From the NCBI GenBank assembly GCA_022750115.1, contig JAKIWI010000002.1:109221-173220 (forward strand): a stretch of DNA of 64,000 bases, read 5' to 3'. The position numbers and the translations under genes were made by a program. The notes under the pieces are model-generated. The model had not been told where the DNA came from, made no database searches, and saw only the letters and a list, made by a program, of their open reading frames with translations. Positions 1 to 9,297 of the stretch are shown here, piece after piece; the first letter of the stretch is position 1, and every line of letters starts with the position of its first letter. The DNA comes from Thermoplasmata archaeon (GTDB lineage: Archaea > Thermoplasmatota > Thermoplasmata > Lutacidiplasmatales > UBA184).

Positions 1-680
1 CGGTCGGCGACCGATTCCGGGATTCCTCTGTGCTTTGCCCACGCCCGTAAGAGCGGTTTGGTTGGCTCCGACCCGTCGATGAACGGGAGTCGCTGGGCCA
101 GCGCGAGTTCGGAGACGGCGGCATCGAGGAAGGGTGCCACCAGTCGGACTCCCGCCGCCCGAGCGAGGTCGATGGTCGCCGGCCAGTCGACCTCGACGAG
201 CTTTCGCCAGTCGGACGTGCGTCGGCGCTCGGCCTCCGGTTCGTTCAACCCCCGAAAGTGGGCGTAGCCGCCGAACAGCTCGTCGGCTCCCTGCCCCACA
301 AGGCGGGGTCCCGGCGAGGGAACGTCGAGTGCGAGCGCGAGGGCGACCAGCACGGAGCGTCGCGGCTCGGCCTCGCCGGTCAAGCCCGTTCGGCGAAGGA
401 CCCCCTGGACCTCGGCAAGGTCCACCGTCGTGCCCGACCACGGCAGTGCGAGCATGCCGGCGGTCGACTCGGCGTCGCGCAGGTCCCCCGACCCGGATAC
501 GCCGACCGTGATCAACCGAGGCGCGGTGTAGCGGCCAGCCGCGCAGGCGACGAGGGTCGAGTCGACGCCGCCGCTGAACAGGACGGTGACCTCCGCGCCG
601 TCGGGCACGACGCGCCGAACCGCCCGATCGAATGCAGTGTCGAGTTCCCCGAAGGTGGGTGGGTCGCGCGAACGAAGCAT
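1..680 (-). CDS. Asparagine-synthase-like PP-loop ATP pyrophosphatase (3' end runs off the window)
   Basis: Not in the ORF track because it is open to the window edge. Reverse-strand translation from ATG (complement of 678-680) reads MLRSRDPPTFGELDTAFDRAVRRVVPDGAEVTVLFSGGVDSTLVA... 'SGGVDS' is a PP-loop and 'GQGADELFGGY' is typical of AsnB-type synthetase domains. Confidence 0.6.
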   Translation of the reverse strand, partial: MLRSRDPPTFGELDTAFDRAVRRVVPDGAEVTVLFSGGVDSTLVACAAGRYTAPRLITVGVSGSGDLRDAESTAGMLALPWSGTTVDLAEVQGVLRRTGLTGEAEPRRSVLVALALALDVPSPGPRLVGQGADELFGGYAHFRGLNEPEAERRRTSDWRKLVEVDWPATIDLARAAGVRLVAPFLDAAVSELALAQRLPFIDGSEPTKPLLRAWAKHRGIPESVAD

Positions 681-1318
681 CCGCTTCGGCCCAGCCCGTC
701 AACCCTTATCTGAATGCGAGGGCCGGACCGGGCGTGGGACCGTCACCGACCGGGGGCTCGAAGCGGCTCGACCGCCGGGCCGTCTTCGTCGACCGCGACG
801 GCACGTTGAACCCCGACCTTCACTATCTGTCCGACGCCGCGCGCGTCGAGGTATTCCGAGGGGTGGGCGAGGGACTTCGACTCTTGCGCGCGCACGGCTT
901 CCTCATCGTCTGTGTCACGAACCAATCGGGCATCGAACGCGGATTCTACACGGCGGCCGACGTCGACGCGATCCACGCTCGGATCAACGTCCTCCTCGCC
1001 CCGCTGGGCGCCGGCGTGGACCGGTTCTACTACTGCCCCCACGCGCCCGGCACGAACTGCCGGTGCCGAAAGCCGGGGGTCGAGCTGTTCGAGCGGGCGA
1101 AGTCGGAACTCGGGATCGATCTCCGGGCGTCGGCGATCATCGGCGACCGAAGCCTCGACGTGGAAGCGGGGGAAACCCTCGGGCTGCTGACGGTGCTCGT
1201 CCCGCCGCCGGGCCACGAGGCGGACGTGCTCCGCGAGGCCTCCAGCGGGGGCCCTCGGCCGGATGTCGTCGCCTCGTCGTTTCGCGCCGCCGCCCTGCAC
1301 ATCCTCCACCGGGGATAG
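632..1318 (+). CDS. HAD-IIIA phosphatase, GmhB/histidinol-phosphatase-like
   Basis: Motifs 'FVDRDGTLN' (DxDxT), 'VTNQSG', 'CRKPGVELF' and 'GDRSLDVEAG'. The ORF-track start overlaps the divergent gene, so the in-frame GTG at 734 is a likelier start. Confidence 0.7.
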   Translation: MQCRVPRRWVGRANEASASAQPVNPYLNARAGPGVGPSPTGGSKRLDRRAVFVDRDGTLNPDLHYLSDAARVEVFRGVGEGLRLLRAHGFLIVCVTNQSGIERGFYTAADVDAIHARINVLLAPLGAGVDRFYYCPHAPGTNCRCRKPGVELFERAKSELGIDLRASAIIGDRSLDVEAGETLGLLTVLVPPPGHEADVLREASSGGPRPDVVASSFRAAALHILHRG

Positions 1319-1417
1319 ACCGCCTCGCTGGGGGCCCTCGGGGCGGGCATCGCCCAAGGCTCCCCCGCGCGCCGCAAACCTTGTTAGCGGTGAGTTCGCT
1401 CGCGACGACGAGCGGTC

Positions 1418-2179
1418 TTGGTTCTACCCCTTCTCGACGCCTCCCTCGGCGTCGCGTTGACCGCCGCCCTCGCCGTGGCGGCGGTCGCTACCGGTGCGTT
1501 GACCCGGTCGGCCGGGGTGATCGCCTTCGGCTTCGGGGCGGTCATCGTGGTCCTCGGGGGCTTCCCCTACCTCGCGCTCCTCGTACTGTTCGTGTTCGCG
1601 AGCGTCCTCGCCACCCGGTTCCGGTTCGAGGAGAAGCGGCGGCGCAACGTCCACGAGGGGACGCACGGCGAGCGAGGAATCTCCAATGTGCTCGCGCACA
1701 TCGTCCTCCCCACGGCCCTCGTGCTCGTGGCATGGTTCGCGGGCTCGGACCTCCCCACCATCCCGCTGGCCGTCCTCTACACCTCGGCCCTCGCGTTCGG
1801 CGCCGCGGACACCTTCGCGAGCGAGTTCGGGGTGCTCGCGGGAAAGGCACGGTCGATCCTCACGGGCCGCCCCGTGAATCCCGGGACGAACGGGGGCGTT
1901 TCGTTGATCGGGGAGCTGTGGGCGGTCGTCGGCGCCATGACGACCGCCGTGGTGGCACTCGCCCTGTTCGTGCTCGCCTCCGGCCCGGGCCTTCCGGTCG
2001 CCGCCTTCCTCGTCGTGGCGCCGGTGGCGGGATTCGCGGGCTGCCAGGTCGATAGCGTCCTCGGCGAGACGCTCGAGAACCGACGGCTCCTGACGAAAGG
2101 GAGCACCAATTTCCTCGGCATGCTGTCGGCGATCATCCTCGCCGCGGTCCTGCTGGTGGCCACCGGGGTCTGGACATGA
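1418..2179 (+). CDS. DUF92/TMEM19-family integral membrane protein
   Basis: Multi-TM protein. 'GERGISNVLAH' and 'GAADTFASEFG' resemble the TIGR00297/DUF92 family. Confidence 0.6.
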   Translation: MVLPLLDASLGVALTAALAVAAVATGALTRSAGVIAFGFGAVIVVLGGFPYLALLVLFVFASVLATRFRFEEKRRRNVHEGTHGERGISNVLAHIVLPTALVLVAWFAGSDLPTIPLAVLYTSALAFGAADTFASEFGVLAGKARSILTGRPVNPGTNGGVSLIGELWAVVGAMTTAVVALALFVLASGPGLPVAAFLVVAPVAGFAGCQVDSVLGETLENRRLLTKGSTNFLGMLSAIILAAVLLVATGVWT

Positions 2180-2907
2180 GGCGCCCTCGACGCGCGGCGC
2201 CGAGCGTCGTGCTGCTCTCGGGCGGAATGGATTCCGCGACGTGCTTGGCGATCGCCGCCCGCCGCGGTCCGGTGTTCGCCCTCACCGTTTCGTACGGGCA
2301 GCGCCATGTCCGGGAACTTCGAAGTGCCCGCTCGCTGTCGCGGCACTATCGAGTCCGGCGTCACGCGGTGCTGACCATCCCGCTCGCGCCGTTAGTCCGC
2401 TCGTCGTTGACCGACGCATCGGCACCGCTCCCAAGTGGGGGGGTCGTCGCCGGCAAGATCCCGTCCACCTATGTCCCGGCCAGGAACACGATCCTTCTCG
2501 CTCTCGCCACCGCGTTCGCGGAGAGCCATGGGGCCGACCGGATCTACTTCGGCGCGAACGCGATCGACTATTCCGGCTACCCGGACTGTCGTCCCGAGTT
2601 CGTCCGATTGTTCAACCGGCTCGCCCGGCTGGCGACGCGCGCCGGCGTCGAGGGCCGACCGATCCGAGTCGTCGCCCCCCTGCAGCGTGCCTCCAAGGCC
2701 GAGATCGTTCGCTGGGGCGCCCGGCTCGGCGTTCCGTGGGAGCTCACCTGGAGCTGCTACGCCGGTGGAGCGGCGCCGTGCGGACGGTGCGACTCCTGCC
2801 GACTCCGCGCGGAAGGGTTCCGAGCCGCGGGACAGACCGACCCGCTCGGAGAGCGTTCGCCGACGGCCCGTCGCCGTCCGGGCTCGCGCCGCCGGACGCG
2901 TTCTTAG
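2176..2907 (+). CDS. queC: 7-cyano-7-deazaguanine synthase
   Basis: PP-loop 'VVLLSGGMDSATC' and C-terminal zinc Cys cluster 'CYAGGAAPCGRCDSCRLR'. There is a 4-nt overlap with the upstream gene. Confidence 0.9.
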   Translation: MRRPRRAAPSVVLLSGGMDSATCLAIAARRGPVFALTVSYGQRHVRELRSARSLSRHYRVRRHAVLTIPLAPLVRSSLTDASAPLPSGGVVAGKIPSTYVPARNTILLALATAFAESHGADRIYFGANAIDYSGYPDCRPEFVRLFNRLARLATRAGVEGRPIRVVAPLQRASKAEIVRWGARLGVPWELTWSCYAGGAAPCGRCDSCRLRAEGFRAAGQTDPLGERSPTARRRPGSRRRTRS

Positions 2908-3326
2908 GCGGAGACCGGGGGCACCGTCGAGGTGCAGAACCCGCAGCGGGTCGCCTTGATCGGAATCGTGTTGCAGCAGCTCGGGCAGTCGCGCGTCGTC
3001 GGCGGCGCGGCGGCTTCTCGGGCCTTCTTCCGGTCCTGGTACTTCGTGTACGGATAGACGATCAGGAAGAATACGACGAGCATCAGGATCACGAAGTTGA
3101 TGAGCGCGCCGAGGAGCGCCCCGCCCAGCAGCGTGGCGCCGTTGACGTTCAGCGCACCCAGATGCGAGAAGTCGACGTGCACGGCCGCGGCGATCAATGG
3201 GCCGATGATGTCCGTGACCAAGGCCCCGATCAACGCGACGATCGCGAGCCCGACCACGAACGCGACGGCCATCATGATGAGGCTGCCCGAGATCAGGAAT
3301 TTCTTGAAGTCCTCAACAACGCCCAT
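2904..3326 (-). CDS. mscL: Large-conductance mechanosensitive channel MscL with a C-terminal zinc-ribbon extension
   Basis: The N-terminus 'FKKFLISGSLIMMAVAFVVG...LVTDIIGPLI' and second TM are MscL-like. The C-terminus 'CPSCCNTIPIKATRCGFC' is a CxxC...CxxC ribbon. Confidence 0.8.
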   Translation of the reverse strand: MGVVEDFKKFLISGSLIMMAVAFVVGLAIVALIGALVTDIIGPLIAAAVHVDFSHLGALNVNGATLLGGALLGALINFVILMLVVFFLIVYPYTKYQDRKKAREAAAPPTTRDCPSCCNTIPIKATRCGFCTSTVPPVSA

Positions 3327-3431
3327 GCGAATCTACATCCACCGTCGAGCGCCCGACCGAGCGGGGAGAATATAGAGTCTCCTGCGGCGTCCGGATTTCC
3401 CCGAACGCGGCTCGACCGCTGCTGCGGTGGA

Positions 3432-5237
3432 CTACATCCGGTCGAGCCGGGCGAGGCCGAGCAGCGCGAGCGTGTTGCCGAGGGCGGTGCGGGAGGCCGC
3501 CACCAAGGCGAGCCGACTCTCCCTCTCGCCTCCTTCCGCCTTCAGGACCGGGGTCAGTTGGTAGAACGAGTTGAACGCGTCGGCAAGGTCGTGGCCGTAG
3601 CCGGCGATCGAGTGGACGTGCGTGGTCCGCGCCGCGTTGGCGACGGTGCGGGGCAGTCGGGCGAGCACCCGGACGAGCGCGCGTTCGGCCGGGGTCGTGA
3701 GGAGAGACCCATCGGCTTTCGGGGGGAGGGAAACGCCCTCCTCGGACGCCTTGCGAAGCAAGCTCGTCGCGCGGGCGAACGAATACTGAAGGAACGGCCC
3801 GCTCCGCCCCTCGAACGAGAGCGCGTCCTCCCATCGGAACGCGACGCTCTTCTCGGCGGCGACGCGGAGGATGTGGTAGCGGACGGCGCCCGCCGCGAGC
3901 GCGACTGCGATCTCCTCAACGGCCCCCTCGCCGAGTTCGGGGTTGCGAGATCGGACCTCTGCACGGGCCCGGTCCGTCGCCTCGTCCAAGAGGGAATCGA
4001 GAAGGACGACGGTCCCTTTTCGAGTCGACATGCGACCTTCCCCAGGGAGCGTGATGTACTGGTACAAGACGAACTCGGGCTCCCGGGTCTCCCCGATCTC
4101 CGTGAGCAAGGCCTTCAGAGTTTTCGCGTGCAGCAGATGGTCCTGGCCGAGCACGTCGACGACCCGGGCGAACCGCGCGAACTTCTGCAGATGGTAGGCG
4201 ACGTCCCGGGTCGGGTAGACGGTCGTGCCGTTCCCCCGGAGCACGATGGCCCGCGCCTCCTCGGTCGGGAGGCCGTAGACGGAGGTGTCGATCGCGAGCG
4301 CCCCGTTCTCCTCAACGACCGCGTGCGGCGCCTTCCGGAGCCGTTCGACCACGCGTTCGACCGAGCCGTCGTGCAGGAGGCTCGACTCCCAGACGAACTC
4401 GTCGAACGAAACACCGACGCGGGCGAGGCTCGCAAGCATCCCCTGGAGGATCGCCTCGCAGTAGCGGCGGTGCTCCGGGGAAGCGTCGCCCCGTTCGAGT
4501 CGCTCGGACAGAGAGGCGAGCTCCGCCGCCGCCTCGGGATGCGTCTTGACGTAGGCCGAGACCGCGGGATAGGGGCGTCCGAGGTAGTGGTCCGCCCGCT
4601 CCTCGCGCTCGTCGGCCCCCTGGAGCGTCTCGAGGATCTCGGGGGGCCAGGACTCCTTCGGCTTCGACCAGATCCACGTGACCATCGCAGACTGGCGGCC
4701 GATGTCGTCGACGTAGTATTGAGTGGTGACCGGGGACCCTGCGGCTCGGAGCACGCGCGCCAGCGTGTCGCCGATGAGGGCGTTGCGGACACGACCGATG
4801 TGGAACGGCGCGTTCGGGTTGGCGCTCGTGTGTTCGACGCAGACGGTGGCCGGTGACCCTTCCCAGGTCCCGTAGCGATCTCCCCGTACGGCGATCATGG
4901 CGAGCGTTCGCTCGGCGAGCCATGCCGGGTCGGCCTCGAAGTTGACGTAGGCTCCGACCGCGAATCGCCGCACGACGCCGGGGATCGCGGGGAGCGTGTT
5001 CGCGAGCTCGATCGCAAGCTCCGGAGCAGATCGGTGGGCCGCCGCCGCCACGCGGTGGAGCGGGATCGCCACGTCCCACCCGTCGCCACCGTCGGTGTCG
5101 AGGAGCCGCGCGACGGCCGCCCGGTCCGGGCCGGCGAGCGCCGCGGTGAGGGCGTCGACCAACGGCCCGACGAGCGCGGCGAGCGGATCGACCGCGGCCG
5201 CGTCCTGGCCCCCGGGGTCGGACGCGCCCTTCGCCAA
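3432..5237 (-). CDS. argS: Arginine--tRNA ligase
   Basis: Class I 'SANPNAPFHIGRVRNALIGD' (HIGH) and 'MSTRKG' (KMSKS variant typical of ArgS). 601 aa. Confidence 0.93.
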   Translation of the reverse strand: MAKGASDPGGQDAAAVDPLAALVGPLVDALTAALAGPDRAAVARLLDTDGGDGWDVAIPLHRVAAAAHRSAPELAIELANTLPAIPGVVRRFAVGAYVNFEADPAWLAERTLAMIAVRGDRYGTWEGSPATVCVEHTSANPNAPFHIGRVRNALIGDTLARVLRAAGSPVTTQYYVDDIGRQSAMVTWIWSKPKESWPPEILETLQGADEREERADHYLGRPYPAVSAYVKTHPEAAAELASLSERLERGDASPEHRRYCEAILQGMLASLARVGVSFDEFVWESSLLHDGSVERVVERLRKAPHAVVEENGALAIDTSVYGLPTEEARAIVLRGNGTTVYPTRDVAYHLQKFARFARVVDVLGQDHLLHAKTLKALLTEIGETREPEFVLYQYITLPGEGRMSTRKGTVVLLDSLLDEATDRARAEVRSRNPELGEGAVEEIAVALAAGAVRYHILRVAAEKSVAFRWEDALSFEGRSGPFLQYSFARATSLLRKASEEGVSLPPKADGSLLTTPAERALVRVLARLPRTVANAARTTHVHSIAGYGHDLADAFNSFYQLTPVLKAEGGERESRLALVAASRTALGNTLALLGLARLDRM

Positions 5238-5276
5238 GCAACGCTAAATCGGAACTTTCATCTTAACGATTCCTCC

Positions 5277-6173
5277 GTGACGTCGCTCGTCCTCGTTCGG
5301 TACGGCGAGCTGGCGCTGAAGTCCGCGCCGGTCCGGCGGGAATTCGAGCACCGGCTCCGCCAGAACATCCTCGGCCAGTTCGTGCGGGCGGGCTCGACCT
5401 GTCGGATCCGCGCCGATCACGGCCACGTCTACGTCGAGGCCGACGACGGCGAGGGCGCGGTCCGCCTGCTCCGCCGGACGTTCGGGGTAACCTCGGTGAG
5501 CCTCGCCGTCGAGGTCCCGACCGACCGGGCCGCGATGCGCGCGGCGGTGCTGGAAATGGCCGCCCGTCACGTCCGTCCGGGGATCTCGTTCGCACTCCGA
5601 GCACGCCGCACGGGCACCCACCCGTTCACGAGCCAGGAGCTCGGGCGCGAGCTCGGAGGAGACGTGTTCGAGGCGTATCGATCGATCGGGATCCGGGTCG
5701 ACCTCGACCACCCCGAGCTCGAGCTGTTCGTCGAGGTTCGTGGCCCGCGGACGTACCTCTACGCCGACCGCGTCGCCGGCCCCGGCGGCCTGCCACTCGG
5801 GGTTGCGGGGCGCGTCGTCGCGCTCGTCGACGGCCCACGCGGCGCGCTGGGAGCCTACCTGATGATGAAGCGCGGTTGCCGGTGCGACTGGGTCGCCAGC
5901 GGCGAGGGGGTCGCTCTCGCCGATCGTGTGCTCCGCGCCTTCGATCCCCGTGCTCCCACCGCCGTCAGCGAACCGACCGACCCGCTGGACTCGGCGATCG
6001 CCGCGCAGCTGGCCCAATCGCATGCGGACGGAGTTGTGCTGCCGCTCTCCGTCGACGACTACACCAACGCTCGGTCGCGATGGGGAGACGTCGTCGTCTT
6101 CTCGCCGACCGTCGGCCTGACCGACGAGGAGGTGGGAGCGCGATGGCACGCCGTCGAGGAGCTCGCCGGCTGA
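5277..6173 (+). CDS. THUMP-domain ThiI-like protein with degenerate PP-loop
   Basis: 'LVLVRYGELALKSAPVRREFE' is a ThiI N-terminal/THUMP region. The PP-loop position reads 'ALVDGPRGALGAYLMMKRG' instead of SGGxDS. Start taken at in-frame GTG 5277, because the longer ORF-track start overlaps argS. Confidence 0.7.
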   Translation: MTSLVLVRYGELALKSAPVRREFEHRLRQNILGQFVRAGSTCRIRADHGHVYVEADDGEGAVRLLRRTFGVTSVSLAVEVPTDRAAMRAAVLEMAARHVRPGISFALRARRTGTHPFTSQELGRELGGDVFEAYRSIGIRVDLDHPELELFVEVRGPRTYLYADRVAGPGGLPLGVAGRVVALVDGPRGALGAYLMMKRGCRCDWVASGEGVALADRVLRAFDPRAPTAVSEPTDPLDSAIAAQLAQSHADGVVLPLSVDDYTNARSRWGDVVVFSPTVGLTDEEVGARWHAVEELAG

Positions 6174-6371
6174 CCCACCCGAGCGGCGTCGCCCGGGCGA
6201 TCGACGGTGTCAGCGACGTTGGTCCGTCCTCGACACCGATGGCATCGAACCCCCCGGCGGCTTCGCCGGCGCCGGTGGGCGAGACCCTCGAGGACCGCCA
6301 GGAGCGGTGGTTCCGCGAGCGGGCACGACGTCGGGCGGCGCTCGCGCCGCCGTCAAGCTAGCGTCGCGCGG

Positions 6372-8492
6372 CTAGGCGAATCGAACCGGCATCCGCTTCG
6401 GCGGGGGCGGCTTCCGGTACTTCGGGCCGGGTCCGACGTTCGCTTGTCCGACGGCGACGGGCTTGTTCTTCTGGGCGAGCCGAGTGAATCCGGCCCCCAG
6501 GAAACCGGCTCCGAGCGCCTGGACCGACAGGCTCGCGATGCTGGTGGCCGCCGTCGGGGTCGGGATCGCGGCGCTCGGCAACGCCGGGCTCGGTATGGAT
6601 AGGAACGGAGGTGGGGTGGCGGGTGGCGGGGCATTCCCGGGCGGCACCGGGGCCTCGGGGCCGTAGACGATGCGAAGGATCGCGAGCGGGAACGACTCGA
6701 CGAGGGGACTGCTGTCGACCTGCGAAAGGTAGCGGGCGGCCGTCCAGGTACTGCTGACCGGGCCGCTCCCGCCGGCGGCACAGAGCGCGGTCGTGCACGC
6801 GTCCACCGGGATGCTCCCATACGGCGGACCCACCGCGATCACGTCGAACGAGGCGATCCACAAGTCGCCCGTGGTCAGGAAGTTCTTCGCCGGGTTGTTC
6901 GACCAGTTCCAGTTGAGGCTCGTGAAGCCGGAGCCGTTCACGTAGTCGGGAGAGGGGCAGATCCCGAGGGGACCGTCGGCGGTGAGGCAGGTCGTCTCCG
7001 AGTGCAGGTTCGGTGCGGGCCGGACGTTTGCGAACGGCACGAAGCGGAACATCGACACGTTCCCGCCGCGTGCGGCGATGTCGGTGACCGTCGGGCCGAA
7101 GCTGACGCCGCGAAACGCTGCGAACAGCGAGGGGTTGGAGGTTTGGGGCGTGTTCACAGGGCCGTACGGGACGTAATCGAGGTCGCCGAGCTGTCCATCC
7201 GGACAGCTGTAGTACGAAGGACCGTCCCACGAGCCGTTCGTCGCGTGCGCGAGGTCGCAGCCGGCGGTCAGGATCCGCTGGGAGTTCTGGATGACGTAGA
7301 CGCCGCCGGGCCCCCCGTTGTGGGACGACGGCCAGCCGGACGAGTACGGGTCCGTCGGCGTTGTCCACAGGTCGATCACATCGATCGTACATCGCTTCCC
7401 GAGCGAGTTGGCGCAGTCCGGTGCCGTGTTCGAGAGCGAGGCGATGGATTCGGCGCTGCCGCCGTTCGCCGAGACCCAGCCGATGCACGAGGGGCTGACC
7501 AGCCCGCCGAAGTTGTACGCGGGCTCGCAGCCGTCGCTGTAGGGCCCGGCCCCGCCGTAGCAGGCGTACCGCCATGCCTCCGACGCACTGACGCAGTAGT
7601 TCTGGACGTAGGAGGGGTCGCGCGGCGCGGTCGAACCGATCAGCACCAGAACGTGGTGAGCGTTCGGGAGCCAGTTGATGCCGTAGCCCTCCAGGACCCC
7701 GTACAGCGCCGTGATGCTGTCGGAATGCAGGTAGTTGTCCCCGAAGTCCGCGTCGTTGTAAGTCCAACCGCCCCCGAGGACGTTCTGGCCGAACGACCCG
7801 GCCACGGCCGCGCCGAACTGCGGGGCCGTCACGGGGGCGCCGACGTCGACGTGGTAGGCGTACGATTGGAAGTCGTTCAACTGGTCGTCGTACACGTCGC
7901 CGGTCGAGAAGAAATCCACGAGGCCGAACGTCACCGACGACCGGGGATTCACGGCGGCGATGGAGTTCGCGATATCGCCGGCGTGCGTGACGAAGAACGG
8001 GATCGCGTTCGACTCCTCGCACGGCTCGTGCAGGGACGAGTCCGCGCAGCTCTCGGTCCCCGGCGTCCCGCCGGTGCCGTCGTACGCGCCGTCGTAGATC
8101 GTCGTCTCGAGGAGGAAGACGACCTGGACCGCGGGGTAGGAGACGGTGACGAGCGCGGGGGCGGCCGCCGTCATGGTGACGCGCGCCGACCGTTCGTCGG
8201 AGGGGCAACCGAGATTGTTCGAGACGCAGATGATGCCCGGCGTCACGGAGATCGACAAGGAGAGCGCCCCGGTCCCGGACGAGACGGCCGGCGCGACCAG
8301 CGCTCGGGCCGCAACCGTGGGGACCACGGGCCCGGCGGCCGCCGGGGTCGGGGCGAGGAACGTCGCGGAAGCGCTCAGCGCGAGTGTCCCGAGCACGGCG
8401 CACACGGCCAGGATCAGCGTCCCGTTGTGACCGCGGGGAGCGCGGAATCGGCCGACCGCCTCGTCCTGGTCGCGCACGCTCGGTCGGCTCAT
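6372..8492 (-). CDS. Large secreted/membrane-anchored protein, possible vWA-like fold without MIDAS
   Basis: N-terminal hydrophobic segment 'LILAVCAVLGTLALSASA'. Several N-x-S/T sequons and many Cys. Beta-alpha pattern 'VQVVFLLETT...FGLVDFF...HVLVLIGSTAP'. Pro-rich linker, hydrophobic C-terminus and basic tail. Confidence 0.55.
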   Translation of the reverse strand: MSRPSVRDQDEAVGRFRAPRGHNGTLILAVCAVLGTLALSASATFLAPTPAAAGPVVPTVAARALVAPAVSSGTGALSLSISVTPGIICVSNNLGCPSDERSARVTMTAAAPALVTVSYPAVQVVFLLETTIYDGAYDGTGGTPGTESCADSSLHEPCEESNAIPFFVTHAGDIANSIAAVNPRSSVTFGLVDFFSTGDVYDDQLNDFQSYAYHVDVGAPVTAPQFGAAVAGSFGQNVLGGGWTYNDADFGDNYLHSDSITALYGVLEGYGINWLPNAHHVLVLIGSTAPRDPSYVQNYCVSASEAWRYACYGGAGPYSDGCEPAYNFGGLVSPSCIGWVSANGGSAESIASLSNTAPDCANSLGKRCTIDVIDLWTTPTDPYSSGWPSSHNGGPGGVYVIQNSQRILTAGCDLAHATNGSWDGPSYYSCPDGQLGDLDYVPYGPVNTPQTSNPSLFAAFRGVSFGPTVTDIAARGGNVSMFRFVPFANVRPAPNLHSETTCLTADGPLGICPSPDYVNGSGFTSLNWNWSNNPAKNFLTTGDLWIASFDVIAVGPPYGSIPVDACTTALCAAGGSGPVSSTWTAARYLSQVDSSPLVESFPLAILRIVYGPEAPVPPGNAPPPATPPPFLSIPSPALPSAAIPTPTAATSIASLSVQALGAGFLGAGFTRLAQKNKPVAVGQANVGPGPKYRKPPPPKRMPVRFA

Positions 8493-8641
8493 GCCCCGTC
8501 CCGGGCCGCAACGCGCGTACGCGCACCGCGACTCTGCCGGCGCCGCCGGTTCGAGAGCGGGGTACGTATTAACCCTCCCGTCGGCGGGCGCCTCGTCGCC
8601 GGAATCGTTATGTAACGAGCCACGGTGCGGCGGCGGTCTCG

Positions 8642-8833
8642 ATGTCGAAAGGTCACTGGTCGGTCACCGGCACCTTCCTAGCACGTCGGGCCGACTGGCA
8701 GACGTTCACGAAGGTCTGCGAGGCCGACTCGGCCGCGCAAGCCCAGGAGTGGGCCCTCAGCGAGATTGGCGGATGCCACCACGTGAAGCGCAACGTGATC
8801 CGCATCGCCTCGGTGAGCGAGGTCTCCGCGTGA
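8642..8833 (+). CDS. rplX: Ribosomal protein LX (L18Ae/eL20 family)
   Basis: 'WSVTGTF...FTK...SEIGGCHHVKRNVIRI' matches the LX pattern. It lies directly upstream of pfdA-ftsY, as in many archaea. Confidence 0.75.
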   Translation: MSKGHWSVTGTFLARRADWQTFTKVCEADSAAQAQEWALSEIGGCHHVKRNVIRIASVSEVSA

Positions 8834-9297
8834 GCGCCCCGACGGGGCCCGTGACCGAACGCCAGGTCCAGGAGGACGTCGCGCGGCTCGACGTCTATCG
8901 CAACCAGCTCAACTCCCTCCTCCAGCAACACCAGTATCTTTCGGCCTCGAGGGCCGAGCACGTGCGGGCTCGAACAACGCTCGAAGGACTCGAGCGAGTT
9001 GCTGCCGGCAGTGAGCTCCTGATCCCGGTCGGCGGGGAGACCTACCTCCGTGGCTCTCCGGCGCCCACCTCGAAGGTGCTCATCGGGATCGGCGACGGTT
9101 TCGTCGCGGAGGTGGAACGCGGCCAGGCGACCGAGCTCCTCGCCCAGCGCCTCACGAAGATCGACCAGGCGACCGGCGAGATCGAGGGCAACGTCCGCAC
9201 GCTCGAGGAGCGCATCCAGATCCTGAACCAGCGCCTGGACGCGCTCGCCCGGGCGACCAGCGGCGAGCCGCTCGCGGGCGATGTGGGCAGCGATTAA
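8830..9297 (+). CDS. pfdA: Prefoldin alpha subunit
   Basis: Coiled coil / beta-hairpin / coiled coil layout: 'LDVYRNQLNSLLQQHQYL...ELLIPVGGETYLRG...VLIGIGDGFVAEV...'. GTG start overlaps the rplX stop (GTGA). Confidence 0.8.
   Translation: MSAPTGPVTERQVQEDVARLDVYRNQLNSLLQQHQYLSASRAEHVRARTTLEGLERVAAGSELLIPVGGETYLRGSPAPTSKVLIGIGDGFVAEVERGQATELLAQRLTKIDQATGEIEGNVRTLEERIQILNQRLDALARATSGEPLAGDVGSD

Noticed and set aside
6239-6361. 40-codon ORF (MASNPPAASPAPVGETLEDRQERWFRERARRRAALAPPSS) in the convergent spacer after the ThiI-like gene.
   Set aside because: It is short and low-complexity, with no promoter-like box in front. It cannot be distinguished from chance.
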